Assembly: GCA_965206845.1 (NCBI GenBank)
Contig: OZ242221.1
Span: forward strand, 576,001-640,000
Source of the DNA: Cenarchaeum sp.
GTDB taxonomy: Archaea > Thermoproteota > Nitrososphaeria > Nitrososphaerales > Nitrosopumilaceae
DNA length: 64,000 nt
Direction: 5' to 3'
Each line of letters begins with the position of its first letter. Positions within the stretch are counted from its first letter, which is position 1. The translations under genes and the position numbers were made by a program. This document shows, in pieces, positions 19,154 through 29,464 of this stretch. The notes beneath the pieces were generated by a model. That model did not search any database. It had not been told where the DNA came from and worked only from the letters and a program-made list of their open reading frames with translations.

Positions 19154-20410
19154 TTACGTAAGGCTGAGCTTGGCGCCCAGCCCCCTCATATCCTCGATAA
19201 AGCTAGGATAGGATATCCTGACGGATTCCGGATCCTCCACGGTGCAGTCGTCGATGGCCATGGCCAGAATGCAGAACGCCATGAAGAGGCGGTGGTCGCT
19301 GTGCGGATCCAGGTGCGCGCCGCCAAGAGCGCCCGGCGTCAGGGTCAGGCTGTCTTGCCCTTGGACAGCTCCGATCCCCGCCTTTGCCAGCTGGGATGCC
19401 AAGACCGCGATCCTGTCGGTCTCCTTGAACCTGGCGTGGCCCACGTTGACGATCTCCAGGGGAGCAGAGCACCTTGCCGAGAGAATTGCCAGCGGCGGCA
19501 GGAGATCCGGCGTGTTTCCCAGATCAAACCGCCCGCCTGCAAGCACACCGGGTGCATCAACCGATATGACATCTTCTCCCACGTCGACTCGGACGCCCAG
19601 AACCTCCAGTATGTCTATGAACGACTCGTCTCCCTGTGGCAGATCGCCAAATGCGACGCGGATCTTCATCTTCTCTCCTGCCAGCACTGCGGCCGCCAGC
19701 AGCAGAGCCAAGCTGGAGGAGTCAGAGGGAACCGTAAAGGATGCTGGCCTGTAGGCCTGGGGCGCCACTGCATACCTGCGAAAGGGGATCACCGTGTGCA
19801 CCACGACCCCGAACCTCCTCATGGCAGATATGGTGGCCTCCAGATACGGCTTTGAGACCAGATCTCCCTGTATGCTTATCGTGACCCCGCTTCGCGTCAT
19901 GGGGGCAGATATCATCAGCGCCGAGATGAACTGGCTGGAGATGTTGCCCGGTATGTCTATGTGGCCGCCGGCGATCCTGCCGGTAACCGTGACAGGGGGT
20001 CGGCCTTCCCGGGAGCTGCACCGGGCGCCCATGGTGCCCAGCGCGTCTAGGAGTGGCTGCATGGGCCTCCGCCGGAGACTCTCATCGCCGGTAAGGGTGG
20101 ACGTGCCTTCCGCAAGCGCCGACACCGCAGACGCAATCCTGATGGTGGTGCCGGAGTTTGCCGCATCTATGTCGGCCGGCCGCAGCCCCCGTGGCGTGAC
20201 CCGTAGCACGTCCCCGTCCTGCTCGATCTCTGCGCCAAGGCTCCGGCAGGCTGCCACCGTGGCATCGGTGTCTGCGGACGCAAGCACGTTTGCGATCGTG
20301 CTGGGCCCGTCTGCCAAGGACGCCAGAAATATGGCGCGATGCGTGTAGCTCTTGCTTGCAGGGCAGCAGATCTCCCCCGAGAGGCGGGATCTCTCAATCA
20401 CGCACTTCAT
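19154..20410 (-). CDS. aroA: EPSP synthase
   Basis: SKSYTHRA, NSGTT, SLRRRPM, SSQFISA, KETDR, DHR. Confidence 0.96.
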   Translation of the reverse strand: MKCVIERSRLSGEICCPASKSYTHRAIFLASLADGPSTIANVLASADTDATVAACRSLGAEIEQDGDVLRVTPRGLRPADIDAANSGTTIRIASAVSALAEGTSTLTGDESLRRRPMQPLLDALGTMGARCSSREGRPPVTVTGRIAGGHIDIPGNISSQFISALMISAPMTRSGVTISIQGDLVSKPYLEATISAMRRFGVVVHTVIPFRRYAVAPQAYRPASFTVPSDSSSLALLLAAAVLAGEKMKIRVAFGDLPQGDESFIDILEVLGVRVDVGEDVISVDAPGVLAGGRFDLGNTPDLLPPLAILSARCSAPLEIVNVGHARFKETDRIAVLASQLAKAGIGAVQGQDSLTLTPGALGGAHLDPHSDHRLFMAFCILAMAIDDCTVEDPESVRISYPSFIEDMRGLGAKLSLT

Positions 20411-21254
20411 GGACCTCTGCCTTTTTGTTGTTTGCCGGCGATGTGATTATCCGCCCGTCCAGAGATGAGAAGACCTTCCTCACGCCGGAGACCGCATTTT
20501 GGCGCACTGCTGCGGCAACCGCCGTGCCGTTGCCAGAGACCGAGGCCCCCAGGGCTCCCGCCTCCAGCAGTCGTGGGATCAGCGCGGGATCCGAGTTGAG
20601 AAACGGCCCTGCCGTTATGCCGTTGAGCAGCATGGCCCCCCAATAGTTGGATCTTCTGGCCATCTGCCACGCAGCTTCAAAGGCGCTCTTCTGCTCCCTG
20701 AGCTTTCGGGGGTTGCGGCGCCTGGAAGAGGCCGGAATGAAGATCACCGCAGCTATGCCACTGGGAATCGCCTGGCGGCGCACCAGCCTTCTTTTGAGGT
20801 TGTCAGTTACGTTAAAGCCGCCGTAATAGCATGCGCAGGCATCGTCATAGGCACCGGTTATGCTGATTCCGGTCTCGATGGATGCATCAACGCCTGCCAG
20901 AAGCACCCGGGAGTCGTTCACCTCCGGCCCGAAGAGCTTGGCGCAGGCAAGCGCCACCGCAGAGGAGATGGAGCTGGAGCTCTTGAGGCCGTACCCGGCT
21001 GGAATCTCCGACTGGAGATTTACGTGAATGTGCGTCCTTGCCAGGTCCCTTGCGGGAACGATCTTCCGCACCGTGCTGGTGACCAGCCGCTGGCTGAGGC
21101 TCTTGCTACCGGCATCCAGTGTAATACCCTCCCCCGGGGTGGCCTCGATCCGGGCACGGACCTCCAGCGAGACCCCCATGGTGGCCCCCATGCCGGTGGC
21201 TATGGCGCTCACTATCGATATGGCTCCGCGGGCCTTGGCCTGTACGGCGCGCAA
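20394..21254 (-). CDS. aroK: Archaeal (GHMP) shikimate kinase
   Basis: SEIPAGYGLKSSS, TGAYDDA, SVSGNG. Confidence 0.93.
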   Translation of the reverse strand: MRAVQAKARGAISIVSAIATGMGATMGVSLEVRARIEATPGEGITLDAGSKSLSQRLVTSTVRKIVPARDLARTHIHVNLQSEIPAGYGLKSSSSISSAVALACAKLFGPEVNDSRVLLAGVDASIETGISITGAYDDACACYYGGFNVTDNLKRRLVRRQAIPSGIAAVIFIPASSRRRNPRKLREQKSAFEAAWQMARRSNYWGAMLLNGITAGPFLNSDPALIPRLLEAGALGASVSGNGTAVAAAVRQNAVSGVRKVFSSLDGRIITSPANNKKAEVHEVRD

Positions 21255-22073
21255 TCAGACGCCCCCCAGCAGGGCGCGTTTCATGGCGCCGTATGGCGCC
21301 TCTGTGCCGTGCCATATCTCAAACGCCCGCGCCGCCTGGCCCAGCAGCATCTCGTACCCGTAGATTATCGTTGCTCCCATCTTCCCAGCCTTTGCTATCA
21401 GATCTGTCTTCATGGGCCTATAAACAATATCGTACACCACCGAGTCCGGGCCCAGCGTCCCAAGGTCCAGTGGGGAGAGCTCGCCCTTCAGCCCGACCGC
21501 CGTGGCGTTTACGACAAACTTGTACTCTGAGAGCGGGCCGATCCTGTCAGGCCCGACGTACCTGGCCTGCAGGCCTGCCGCCTCTGCAAACCCCGCAAGG
21601 GACGCCCCGCGGGCCAGGGTCCTGTTTGCCACGGTGATGGACTCGGCGCGCTCGCGGGCAAACCCGGCTGCGATGGCCCGAGCGGCCCCGCCTGCTCCCA
21701 GCAGCAGCACCCGTGAGCCCCTGATGGGAATCCCCCTCCTCCTGATGGGATCCAGGAATCCCTCCATGTCGGTGTTGTGCCCTTTCAGGGTACCGCCGGC
21801 ATTTGAGACCGTGTTGCACGCCCCGACGATGCTGCAGTTCTCATCCACCACGTCTAGGTGGTGCATGACGGCGATCTTGTGCGGGATTGTGATGTTGAAT
21901 CCGGCCACTCCGATACTCTTCAGTGCGGCAATGCCGCTCTCCAGCTCGTCTGCCAGAACCCTGTAGGCTATGTAGGCGCAGTCAAGGTTCAGGCTGCGAA
22001 ACGCGGCATTGTGGATGTTGGGCGACAGCGAGTGGTCGATGGGATCCCCGATCACGGCAAAGGTCTTTGTCAC
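21255..22073 (-). CDS. aroE: Shikimate dehydrogenase
   Basis: GDPIDHSLSP, NITIPHK, NTD, GAGGAARA, MLLGQA. Confidence 0.96.
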   Translation of the reverse strand: MTKTFAVIGDPIDHSLSPNIHNAAFRSLNLDCAYIAYRVLADELESGIAALKSIGVAGFNITIPHKIAVMHHLDVVDENCSIVGACNTVSNAGGTLKGHNTDMEGFLDPIRRRGIPIRGSRVLLLGAGGAARAIAAGFARERAESITVANRTLARGASLAGFAEAAGLQARYVGPDRIGPLSEYKFVVNATAVGLKGELSPLDLGTLGPDSVVYDIVYRPMKTDLIAKAGKMGATIIYGYEMLLGQAARAFEIWHGTEAPYGAMKRALLGGV

Positions 22074-22205
22074 GATACAACCTGCATGGATGATGAATCA
22101 TTTAACTCTAAAGATCGCATGTAGCATGCAAGGTCACAGCCTTACCTCACCTAGGCACAAAGGTATGCACTCCGGGAGGGTCTGCGATTCAGCGCAGGGC
22201 ATATC

Positions 22206-22892
22206 TCATGTACGTACAGGCGCCGTCAGCCTCTTGATCTCTGCCAAGCTGTACTGTCCCGGGGCCACTGCCTTGCCTAGGGAGACATACGTGTAGGGGG
22301 CCCCCAGGTACAGACAGACCAGCCGCGATATCTTTCCCATGTCTCCCATGCAGAATGCAATCAGCTCCGTGTCTCCTGCGGCGCCGTACAGCGAGAGGAT
22401 CCTGGATGCGTCCATGGCGGTCCTGGCAGTGGCAACCATCTTCACATGTGCCGAGTATCCGGACATGCGCCTCATCTTTTGCAGCAGTGCGCCTGCATCG
22501 GGCGTCTTCTCAAAGTCGTGCCAAGAGACCAGGATGCCTGCCCCCAGATCTGCCGCAAGCTTGCCCCTTCTTATGGCGTCATACTCTACGTCCAGGCGGT
22601 ACGGTTCGTACCCCGAGGCCAGTCTGAGCAGATCCCTCCTGCTGGCCTCGGATTCTGCGAACATGCCGCCCTGTGACTCGGGCCTGATGGTGCAGACGCA
22701 CCTCTTCAGGTGTCTCCTGCACATCTTCAGGGCGTCTGGAACATGCTCTGGCTTTAGAAAGTCAAGGCGCAGTTCCGCATATCTTGAAACACCCAGTGCT
22801 CCCTGCAACGCAGTTAGCATGCCTTTAGGCGTTCTGCGGGCAATGGTTACGCATGTGGCGTACTCCGGGCTACTTTTCCAGGATGTACTCAT
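22206..22892 (-). CDS. aroD: Type I 3-dehydroquinate dehydratase
   Basis: ELRLD, SWHDFEKTP, FCMG, APGQ. Confidence 0.93.
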   Translation of the reverse strand: MSTSWKSSPEYATCVTIARRTPKGMLTALQGALGVSRYAELRLDFLKPEHVPDALKMCRRHLKRCVCTIRPESQGGMFAESEASRRDLLRLASGYEPYRLDVEYDAIRRGKLAADLGAGILVSWHDFEKTPDAGALLQKMRRMSGYSAHVKMVATARTAMDASRILSLYGAAGDTELIAFCMGDMGKISRLVCLYLGAPYTYVSLGKAVAPGQYSLAEIKRLTAPVRT

Positions 22893-23916
22893 CGGCTACC
22901 TCCATCCCGAAGTGCCTTCCGGCAGCTGCCTTTGAGTGGACCAGCACGGTATCCCCCTTCTTCAAGTGGGTCACCGAGACCAGCTCCCCGTCGGGCCTGA
23001 CAAACCGGATGGTCTCCGCATCTTGGGATATTATCCCGCCGACCTCGCCATCCACTGTGGCCTTGATCATCAGCATCGGGCGCCTCTCGATCTTGGAGCG
23101 CCCCACGGCGGCCCTCCGGGCTCGCCCGCTGGAGTCAAGAACCAGAACCTCGGATCCCATCTCTATCTCCGAGAGGTAGCTGGTGGTTCCGTCCGGCGAC
23201 AGGGTATAACAGTGAACCGCTCCGGCGTTTACGCGAAACGGCCTGGGAGAGGTAAAGGATGAGCCCACAGACTCGTTGTGCACCAGAAAGAGAAAGTTGG
23301 AGCGGTTTCCCACCAGCATGCCCTCGCCCAGGCGCAGTATGGATACCGTGTCCACGCATACGCGCTCCCCGTCACCAACCTCCTGTATCTTGACTATCTT
23401 TGCCGGCCGGAGCTGGAAAGATCTGGCTCCGAGATCCACTTGGGCCTCCCTTACCTCGTTGATGGACGAGGTTATGAAGATCACGCCGTCCACGCCAACC
23501 TCGAGTATGGAGAACATCTTTCTTGCCTCCCGGGCGCTGTGGGCAAGGGCAAATATCCTGGTGTCGATCTTGTGAAGCTTGGCTATGATGTTCTCCAGTG
23601 GGATTATCTTCCAGTCCTTCACTGCCACTATGACAAAGTCCAGTCCCTTCTCTGCAGATACAAGTACGTCGTCTATGTCCTGGTTTGAGAGCACCTCGAA
23701 CATCATGCCGCGCTTCTTGTCCTCTGCCGCGTTCTCAGTGCCCACGGTATAGTCTGCGGCAGGAGACGGGTACACAGTCTCAAACTTCAGCCCCCCCAGC
23801 TTTGCCGGATCAAGGTACACGGTTCCTATTCCCTCTGCTGTCAGCTGCGCCAGAAACTCCGGCAGCCGATCGTCAGGTACGTCCGGCTCGATGATGAGCT
23901 CCTTTGGTTCAGTCAA
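22870..23916 (-). CDS. aroB': 3-dehydroquinate synthase II
   Basis: WKIIPLEN, LEVGVDG, GERVCVD, RPFRVNAG, QDAET, GRHFG; probable TTG start at 23916. Confidence 0.93.
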   Translation of the reverse strand: MTEPKELIIEPDVPDDRLPEFLAQLTAEGIGTVYLDPAKLGGLKFETVYPSPAADYTVGTENAAEDKKRGMMFEVLSNQDIDDVLVSAEKGLDFVIVAVKDWKIIPLENIIAKLHKIDTRIFALAHSAREARKMFSILEVGVDGVIFITSSINEVREAQVDLGARSFQLRPAKIVKIQEVGDGERVCVDTVSILRLGEGMLVGNRSNFLFLVHNESVGSSFTSPRPFRVNAGAVHCYTLSPDGTTSYLSEIEMGSEVLVLDSSGRARRAAVGRSKIERRPMLMIKATVDGEVGGIISQDAETIRFVRPDGELVSVTHLKKGDTVLVHSKAAAGRHFGMEVADEYILEK

Positions 23917-24691
23917 CTCTCTTTGCAGCTTCCCTTGCAGACTCGTTTCCATATATGATGGCCGCCAGCGCCTCTACCATTCCAGGCGGATTCTTGTGGG
24001 CGAAGATGTTTCTGCCGTAGGTGACCCCCTTTGCCCCCGCACTCATGGCATCCTCTGTCATCTGTAGTATCTCCATGTCGGTCTCGGCCGTCGGCCCTCC
24101 GGCAATCACCACCGGAACCGGTGTGCTCTTTACTATTTTAGAGAACGAGTCCACATCCCCGGTGTACACCGTCTTTACAATGTCTGCGCCGCACTCGGCG
24201 CCAATCCTTGCCGCATGCGCCACGATCTCTGGATCGTGGGGATCCTTTACGTTCTCGCCTCTGGGATACATCATTGCCAGAAGTGGCATGTTCCACAGGT
24301 GGCACTGACCTGCCGTACGGCCCAGCTGCTCTAGCATCTCAGGCTCCTCCTTTCCGCCTATGTTGATGTGCAGTGACACCCCATCTGCCCCCAGTCTCAG
24401 CGCCTCCTCCACGGTGCCTGTGAGCATCTTCCTGTTGGGCGATGTGGATAGGGATGTGCTGCTGGAAAAATGCACCAGGACTCCGATCCTGGCAGGCTCG
24501 GGCATGGTTCTGATGATTCCCTTGTTGACTATAACGCTGGAGAGGCCGTGATCCTGGCACCGGTAGATTATCGAGTGCGGATCCTCCAGTCCCGGAATGG
24601 GCCCGTTTGAGATCCCATGGTCCATGGGGATGCAGAGCATCTTGCCGTCCTTCATAATGCGATCAAGTCTGATCTGGTGTCCGGTTACCAC
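23909..24691 (-). CDS. aroA': 2-amino-3,7-dideoxy-D-threo-hept-6-ulosonate synthase
   Basis: PMDHG, MMYPRG, GADIVKT, GRNIF; first gene of the aro operon. Confidence 0.92.
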   Translation of the reverse strand: MVTGHQIRLDRIMKDGKMLCIPMDHGISNGPIPGLEDPHSIIYRCQDHGLSSVIVNKGIIRTMPEPARIGVLVHFSSSTSLSTSPNRKMLTGTVEEALRLGADGVSLHINIGGKEEPEMLEQLGRTAGQCHLWNMPLLAMMYPRGENVKDPHDPEIVAHAARIGAECGADIVKTVYTGDVDSFSKIVKSTPVPVVIAGGPTAETDMEILQMTEDAMSAGAKGVTYGRNIFAHKNPPGMVEALAAIIYGNESAREAAKRVD

Positions 24692-25004
24692 AAGGAAGTG
24701 TTTTTTTTGCGCCCTATTAAAAATAACTAGTAGATGCCGTATGGTCCAGACACCGCCGCATAGCCCGTCCCCACATGTCCGGAGGTCAAAAAACGCCTCC
24801 GCATGCCATGGTCCCCGTCTGCCGCCCGGATCTCAGTGCAGGGTCGTTCTTGAAGGCCGGCGCTAGGATGCGCCTCGCGCACCTCGTTGCAGGCGCGTCC
24901 ATGCGAGCCGTAAGCTGGGTTTTTGGTCAAAATACCGCCCACCGCATGCCGGCAGATACGCTCAAAGATTAAATAATCTGCGGAGGTGGATCATAACCAG
25001 TCAG

Positions 25005-26126
25005 TTGAACCAAATTGCAAAGCAGATTCACTCCAGCGACATAAGGGACATACTTGAAAACTCCCTTGGCGGCAACAGGCCGGATCGGGCCGACTGCCTG
25101 CGCCTGCTGGAGTCCGACGATGTGCAGCTCATGGGGATGGCCTCAGGTCACATAACCAAGAAGAGGTTTGGCATAACAGCCTCCTTTGTGAATAACATAA
25201 TTCTCAACTATACCAACGTCTGCATCACCGACTGCAAGTTCTGCGCATTCTACAGGTCCCCCGGCGCCGATGGATCGTACACCCTGACGCTTGATGAGAT
25301 CGAGACGCGGGTAAAAACCGCCCGGGACATGTTTGGGATCCGGCAGGTGCTCATCCAAGGCGGGCATAATCCAAACCTGGGGATAGAGTACTACGAGAGC
25401 GCCTTTGGGATGATCAGGGCAAAGTTTCCCGAGGTAGGCGTTCACGGCCTGTCGCCGTCAGAGATCGACATGATAGCCAAGGTTGAAAAATGCTCGACCG
25501 CCGAGGTGATCTCGCGCCTGGCAGAGGCTGGGCTCCAGTCCGTTCCGGGAGCCGGGGCGGAGATCCTGGTCGACTCGGTAAAGGATGTGATCAGCCCCAA
25601 GAAGATAGACAGCGCCGCATGGTTAAGGATAATGGAGGAGGCCCACATGGCGGGCCTGCCCTCGTCTGCCACCATGATGTACGGACACGTAGAGTCAAAC
25701 CGGGACATTGCGGAGCACTTTGGCAGGATTGCAGAGCTGCAGGAGAAGACCCATGGGTTCATGGCATTTATCCCCTGGAGCTTTGAGCCAAACAACACAC
25801 TCATGCAGAAGGAGGATCCCACAACCCACGGCTCCGGCGGCACCAGGCTGCTCAGGATGATTGCGATATCACGGCTGGTCTTTGACGGCCTTATTGAGCA
25901 CCTGCAGTCTTCCTGGCTTACCAACGGAATCGGAATGGCCCAGCTGGCCCTGCAGTACGGCGCCGACGATTTTGGCGGCACGCTGATAGGCGAAGAGGTG
26001 GTGTCGTGCACCGGCGCCCGATCCACAGAGCTCACCGACGCAAAGATAGTCGAGGCCATCTCCCAGATAGGCTACAGGGCAGTGGAGCGAGACAACTTTT
26101 ACAATACCGTCTCTGTGCGCCAGTAA
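25005..26126 (+). CDS. mqnC: Cyclic dehypoxanthine futalosine synthase (MqnC/CofH-family radical SAM)
   Basis: NYTNVCITDCKFCAF, QGGHNP, PGAGAEIL, ATMMYGH, GADDFGGT; next to ubiD. Confidence 0.8.
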   Translation: MNQIAKQIHSSDIRDILENSLGGNRPDRADCLRLLESDDVQLMGMASGHITKKRFGITASFVNNIILNYTNVCITDCKFCAFYRSPGADGSYTLTLDEIETRVKTARDMFGIRQVLIQGGHNPNLGIEYYESAFGMIRAKFPEVGVHGLSPSEIDMIAKVEKCSTAEVISRLAEAGLQSVPGAGAEILVDSVKDVISPKKIDSAAWLRIMEEAHMAGLPSSATMMYGHVESNRDIAEHFGRIAELQEKTHGFMAFIPWSFEPNNTLMQKEDPTTHGSGGTRLLRMIAISRLVFDGLIEHLQSSWLTNGIGMAQLALQYGADDFGGTLIGEEVVSCTGARSTELTDAKIVEAISQIGYRAVERDNFYNTVSVRQ

Positions 26127-26158
26127 GCCGTTCGGGTTCGGCACGCAACTGTTACCAG

Positions 26159-26296
26159 AGATGTGATTCGTAATTAGCACGCAGGCACATTAGAGCACGA
26201 TCTTTGGCATAACCATACGAAAGTTGCATGCTTTGGAGCACACATCTGTAAGATTATGGGCATCGAAGGCCCGATTCTTAATTGCGGATCATGTCT
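26159..26296 (+). mobile_element. 138-bp MITE, copy 1
   Basis: Imperfect terminal inverted repeats AGATGTGATTCGTAATT / AATTGCGGATCATGTCT, flanked by CAG on both sides; two C/T differences from copies 2 and 3. Confidence 0.9.
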
Positions 26297-26300
26297 CAGG

Positions 26301-27749
26301 TCAGAGCCCGTACGTGCTCCACCGCGAGTCCACCAAGCCCCTAGTTCGGTCATCCACTGTAACCTTCTCCTGCACCTCTCTTGTGAATCCCTCCTGTATC
26401 GTCTTCTGCGTTGCGTCTATTCCCAGCTTGGAGCCTAGGTTCACCAGCGGGGATGCAGGATCCAGCGTGTCGGTGGGGGTGTTGTTGATTATGGTTGTGT
26501 CCCTGGCGGGATCTGCCCTAGTGGTGATGGCCCAGATCACGTCGTTGATGTCCTGCACATCCACATCGTCGTCCACCACGATGAACATCTTTGTCAGCGC
26601 CAGCTGTCCCGTGCCCCACAGACCCATCATCACCTTCTTTGCCTGTCCGGGATAGCTCTTCTTGATGGAGATGATTGCCATTCCCTGAAACCATCCCGCC
26701 GCGGGCATTGCAAAGTCCACAACCTCCGGGTGGAACATTTGGATGAGGGGCAGGAACGAGCGCTCGATGACCTTGCCCACGTACGCATCCTCCAGTATCG
26801 GCTTGCCCACCACGGTGGTCAGGTACACCGGGTTCTCCCTGTGCATTGCCCCGGTGAGCGTAAAGGTCGGATACTGCTCCACCGGGGTGTAGTAACCCGT
26901 GTGATCGCCAAAGGGCCCCTCGTCGCGCAGGTCTGCGGGATCCACGTACCCCTCCAGCACGATCTCCGCGTTTGCCGGAACCTCCAGATCTATGGTTTTG
27001 CACCTCACAGTGCTGATTCCCTTCTTGCGCACTATTCCCGAGAAGAGGTACTTGTCAAGCCCCTCTGGAACCGGTGCAATCCCAGAGAATACGGTAGACG
27101 GCTCTCCTCCGATAATTATTGCCGCAGGGATTCTCTCCCCTTTTGCTTTTGATATCTCGCTGTGCTGCGCCCCGCGCTTGTGCTTCTGCCAGTGCATTAT
27201 GACGTGTTGGCCGTCCACTATCTGCATCCGGTACACGCCCAGGTTCCTCACGCCCGTCTCCGGATGCCTTGTTGCCACAAGGCCCAGCGTGATGAACCGT
27301 CCTGCGTCCCCGACCCATGTCTTTAGGATCGGCAGACCGTCAAAGGTCGGATTCTTCTGCACCACCTTGGTTACCGGACCGCTGCTCACCGGTTTGGGAA
27401 ATGACTCGCTCATCTTTGATAGCTGGGGGAGTTTTTTGAGCTTTCCCAAGAGTCCGGCCGGCATGTCCATCCGGGTCATCTCCACAATTCTGCTACCGAT
27501 CTCTGTAAAGTCCCGGGTCTCCAGCGCAATCTCAAGCCTCCTCATGGTGCCAAAGGTGTTTCCCAGCACCGGCATGTCATAGCCCTTCACATCCTCAAAG
27601 AGTACCGCCGGTCCCTGTGCGTACATGGTTCTCCGGAGAATCTCTGCAATCTCCAGGTCTGCGTCAACCTGCGTTTTGACACGCTTCAGCTCGCCCGCCT
27701 CCTCTAGTATTCCTACAAGCTCCTGCACATCCCCGATTGGCACAAACAC
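26301..27749 (-). CDS. ubiD: UbiD-family (menaquinone biosynthesis) decarboxylase
   Basis: RNLGVYRMQ, MHWQKHK, EGPFGDHTGYY, VVDDDVD, DTLD, KLGIDAT. Confidence 0.93.
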   Translation of the reverse strand: MFVPIGDVQELVGILEEAGELKRVKTQVDADLEIAEILRRTMYAQGPAVLFEDVKGYDMPVLGNTFGTMRRLEIALETRDFTEIGSRIVEMTRMDMPAGLLGKLKKLPQLSKMSESFPKPVSSGPVTKVVQKNPTFDGLPILKTWVGDAGRFITLGLVATRHPETGVRNLGVYRMQIVDGQHVIMHWQKHKRGAQHSEISKAKGERIPAAIIIGGEPSTVFSGIAPVPEGLDKYLFSGIVRKKGISTVRCKTIDLEVPANAEIVLEGYVDPADLRDEGPFGDHTGYYTPVEQYPTFTLTGAMHRENPVYLTTVVGKPILEDAYVGKVIERSFLPLIQMFHPEVVDFAMPAAGWFQGMAIISIKKSYPGQAKKVMMGLWGTGQLALTKMFIVVDDDVDVQDINDVIWAITTRADPARDTTIINNTPTDTLDPASPLVNLGSKLGIDATQKTIQEGFTREVQEKVTVDDRTRGLVDSRWSTYGL

Positions 27750-27791
27750 CGATCTGTTGCATTGCAGTATAAGCTTAACGTACAGGCCCAG

Positions 27792-27929
27792 AGATGTGAT
27801 TCGTAATTAGCACGCAGGCATATTAGAGCACGATCTTTGGCATAATCATACGAAAGTTGCATGCTTTGGAGCACACATCTGTAAGATTATGGGCATCGAA
27901 GGCCCGATTCTTAATTGCGGATCATGTCT
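27792..27929 (+). mobile_element. 138-bp MITE, copy 2
   Basis: Same sequence and orientation as copy 1; CAG on both flanks. Confidence 0.9.
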
Positions 27930-28215
27930 CAGCAGAGGTCGTGGCTGCCCGCACGGCTCTGTGGCGTCATTGGGCCTGTCTGCATGATCCCCGTGCCGCG
28001 CCGACAGGGCATATGATCCTGCGGCGCAATGGGATTCCAGACATGCATCGACGGGGCAAAAGGTGCCATGGACGAGATCAATTGCCGCATCATGGCGGAC
28101 GTGAAGACTCACCAGGATGTGCAAGCCCGTGCCTGAATGGGAGGCAAGGCGGCATCACACAGGTTTCATTTACAAAACGTTTTACAGATCTGCTACGATA
28201 CGCAAGTAGATAATA

Positions 28216-28446
28216 TTGACTGGAAAAAAGTGCGCCGTGTGTAGCGGTATGGGCACGATTGAGCTTCTTGGCAGCGAGTGTCCCTTCTGCAACGGCACGG
28301 GCGAGCATTCGAAGATTGCCGAATCGTACTTCAAGTCACACATATGCCAGTGCGTCTTTCTGGACAGAAAGCGATGCCCGCTGTGCAAAAAGAAGTGCCA
28401 TCACGACACGCCCAACAAGCCAAAGATCCTCATAGAGCCGATGTAG
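28216..28446 (+). CDS. Small Cys/His-rich zinc-finger protein
   Basis: CAVCSGMG / CPFCNGTG (DnaJ-type CxxCxGxG) plus CQC, CPLC, CHH; TTG start. Confidence 0.7.
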   Translation: MTGKKCAVCSGMGTIELLGSECPFCNGTGEHSKIAESYFKSHICQCVFLDRKRCPLCKKKCHHDTPNKPKILIEPM

Positions 28447-28824
28447 CTACGACATGGGTGGCAGCTCGTTCTTCCTGTCATGGCCTCCGGAGCCAAACTT
28501 GCAGTAAAAGCACAGATCCGACTGCATGTGGTTCAGTATGTGCACCTTGATTGCTCCCAGCTTTAACGCGATTTTGGTAAGCATCTTGTACTTGAACGGC
28601 ATGGATGGGATCACCTCGTCCATGTAGACGCGGTAGTGATCCGGACAGAACCTGAGGGTAATCCTTGCCGGTTCCTTTCCCTTCTCGTTTACCTGCTTTG
28701 TAAACTTGATCTGCTCACGGATGTACTCGTGCTTGGGACAGGGGCAGTCCTTTCCATATGGATGCTTGTACGCAGGCGTGTTCTTCCAGTCAAAATCCGG
28801 GAACTCTTTTTCAAAATCGTCCAT
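28447..28824 (-). CDS. Hypothetical protein, putative metal-binding
   Basis: 125-aa ORF with CPCPKH, FCPDH, CFYC; TTATAA upstream. Confidence 0.7.
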   Translation of the reverse strand: MDDFEKEFPDFDWKNTPAYKHPYGKDCPCPKHEYIREQIKFTKQVNEKGKEPARITLRFCPDHYRVYMDEVIPSMPFKYKMLTKIALKLGAIKVHILNHMQSDLCFYCKFGSGGHDRKNELPPMS

Positions 28825-29464
28825 TATTACTTAAGCGTACTTGATGTTTATAAGATTTGGTTGTTTGGCGATCCGCCTGCCACTTGGTAGCGCCACTCTG
28901 TGCCCGTGTGACAAGTCGACCACCCAAACTTGGGATCCAAAGCAAGTCCCCGCGCTGAGACGGGCGTGAGGACCACAGCCGTACACGCACGTGTCCTAAT
29001 GTGGAGATGGTGTGAAGCCACGCGCGGCACCACATAAAATCCCTGCAGCCCATCCCCCGTCCGGCACCGCCCCGTCTGCCTCCCGATAGTGACTTCCCTT
29101 CTTGCAGGGTGTCCCGTAGGTATCTGCGTCCCCATGCCCGATCCGCGATCCCTCAGCGCGTGGAGGCACTTGCATGGCTAGTGGCGGCCCCCACTCCCTC
29201 TCATCCACAGAATATGACGCATGCTGGGTGGCCGGGTTTTTCACTGACGGGTTTCTTTCCTGCGTCGCCTGTATTTTTCGTGGCAGCCGTCCCGGCACTC
29301 CCACCCGTTCTTGCTCTTCCACCACATTCCAACAAAATTTTGCCTGTTCTCCTGTCAGATCGAGGCGGATGCAGTGATCTTGGACCCGATCGGGGCGGCA
29401 TTCTGGCGAATATGACACCACATAACAAAATGTAAATAAACTATACATTCAGAGTAGTTACCAT

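Noticed and set aside
15290-21530. Long plus-strand ORFs (e.g. 15290..16339, 20499..21530) opposite the aro operon
   Set aside because: Antisense shadows typical of GC-rich genes; no motifs
3702-28137. 17-bp near-match GCAAG(T/C)CCGTGCCTGAA at 3702 and 28121
   Set aside because: A few one-mismatch 17-mers are expected by chance in 64 kb; no extended similarity
29429-29449. AATGTA-N9-TACATT inverted repeat upstream of the RATKP gene
   Set aside because: Only 6-bp arms in an AT-rich promoter; could be chance
28825-29464. Possible RNase P, SRP or tRNA gene in the longest spacer
   Set aside because: No GAGGAAAGTCC-like RNase P core, T-loop or SRP motif recognised; an Infernal search is needed to exclude it fully
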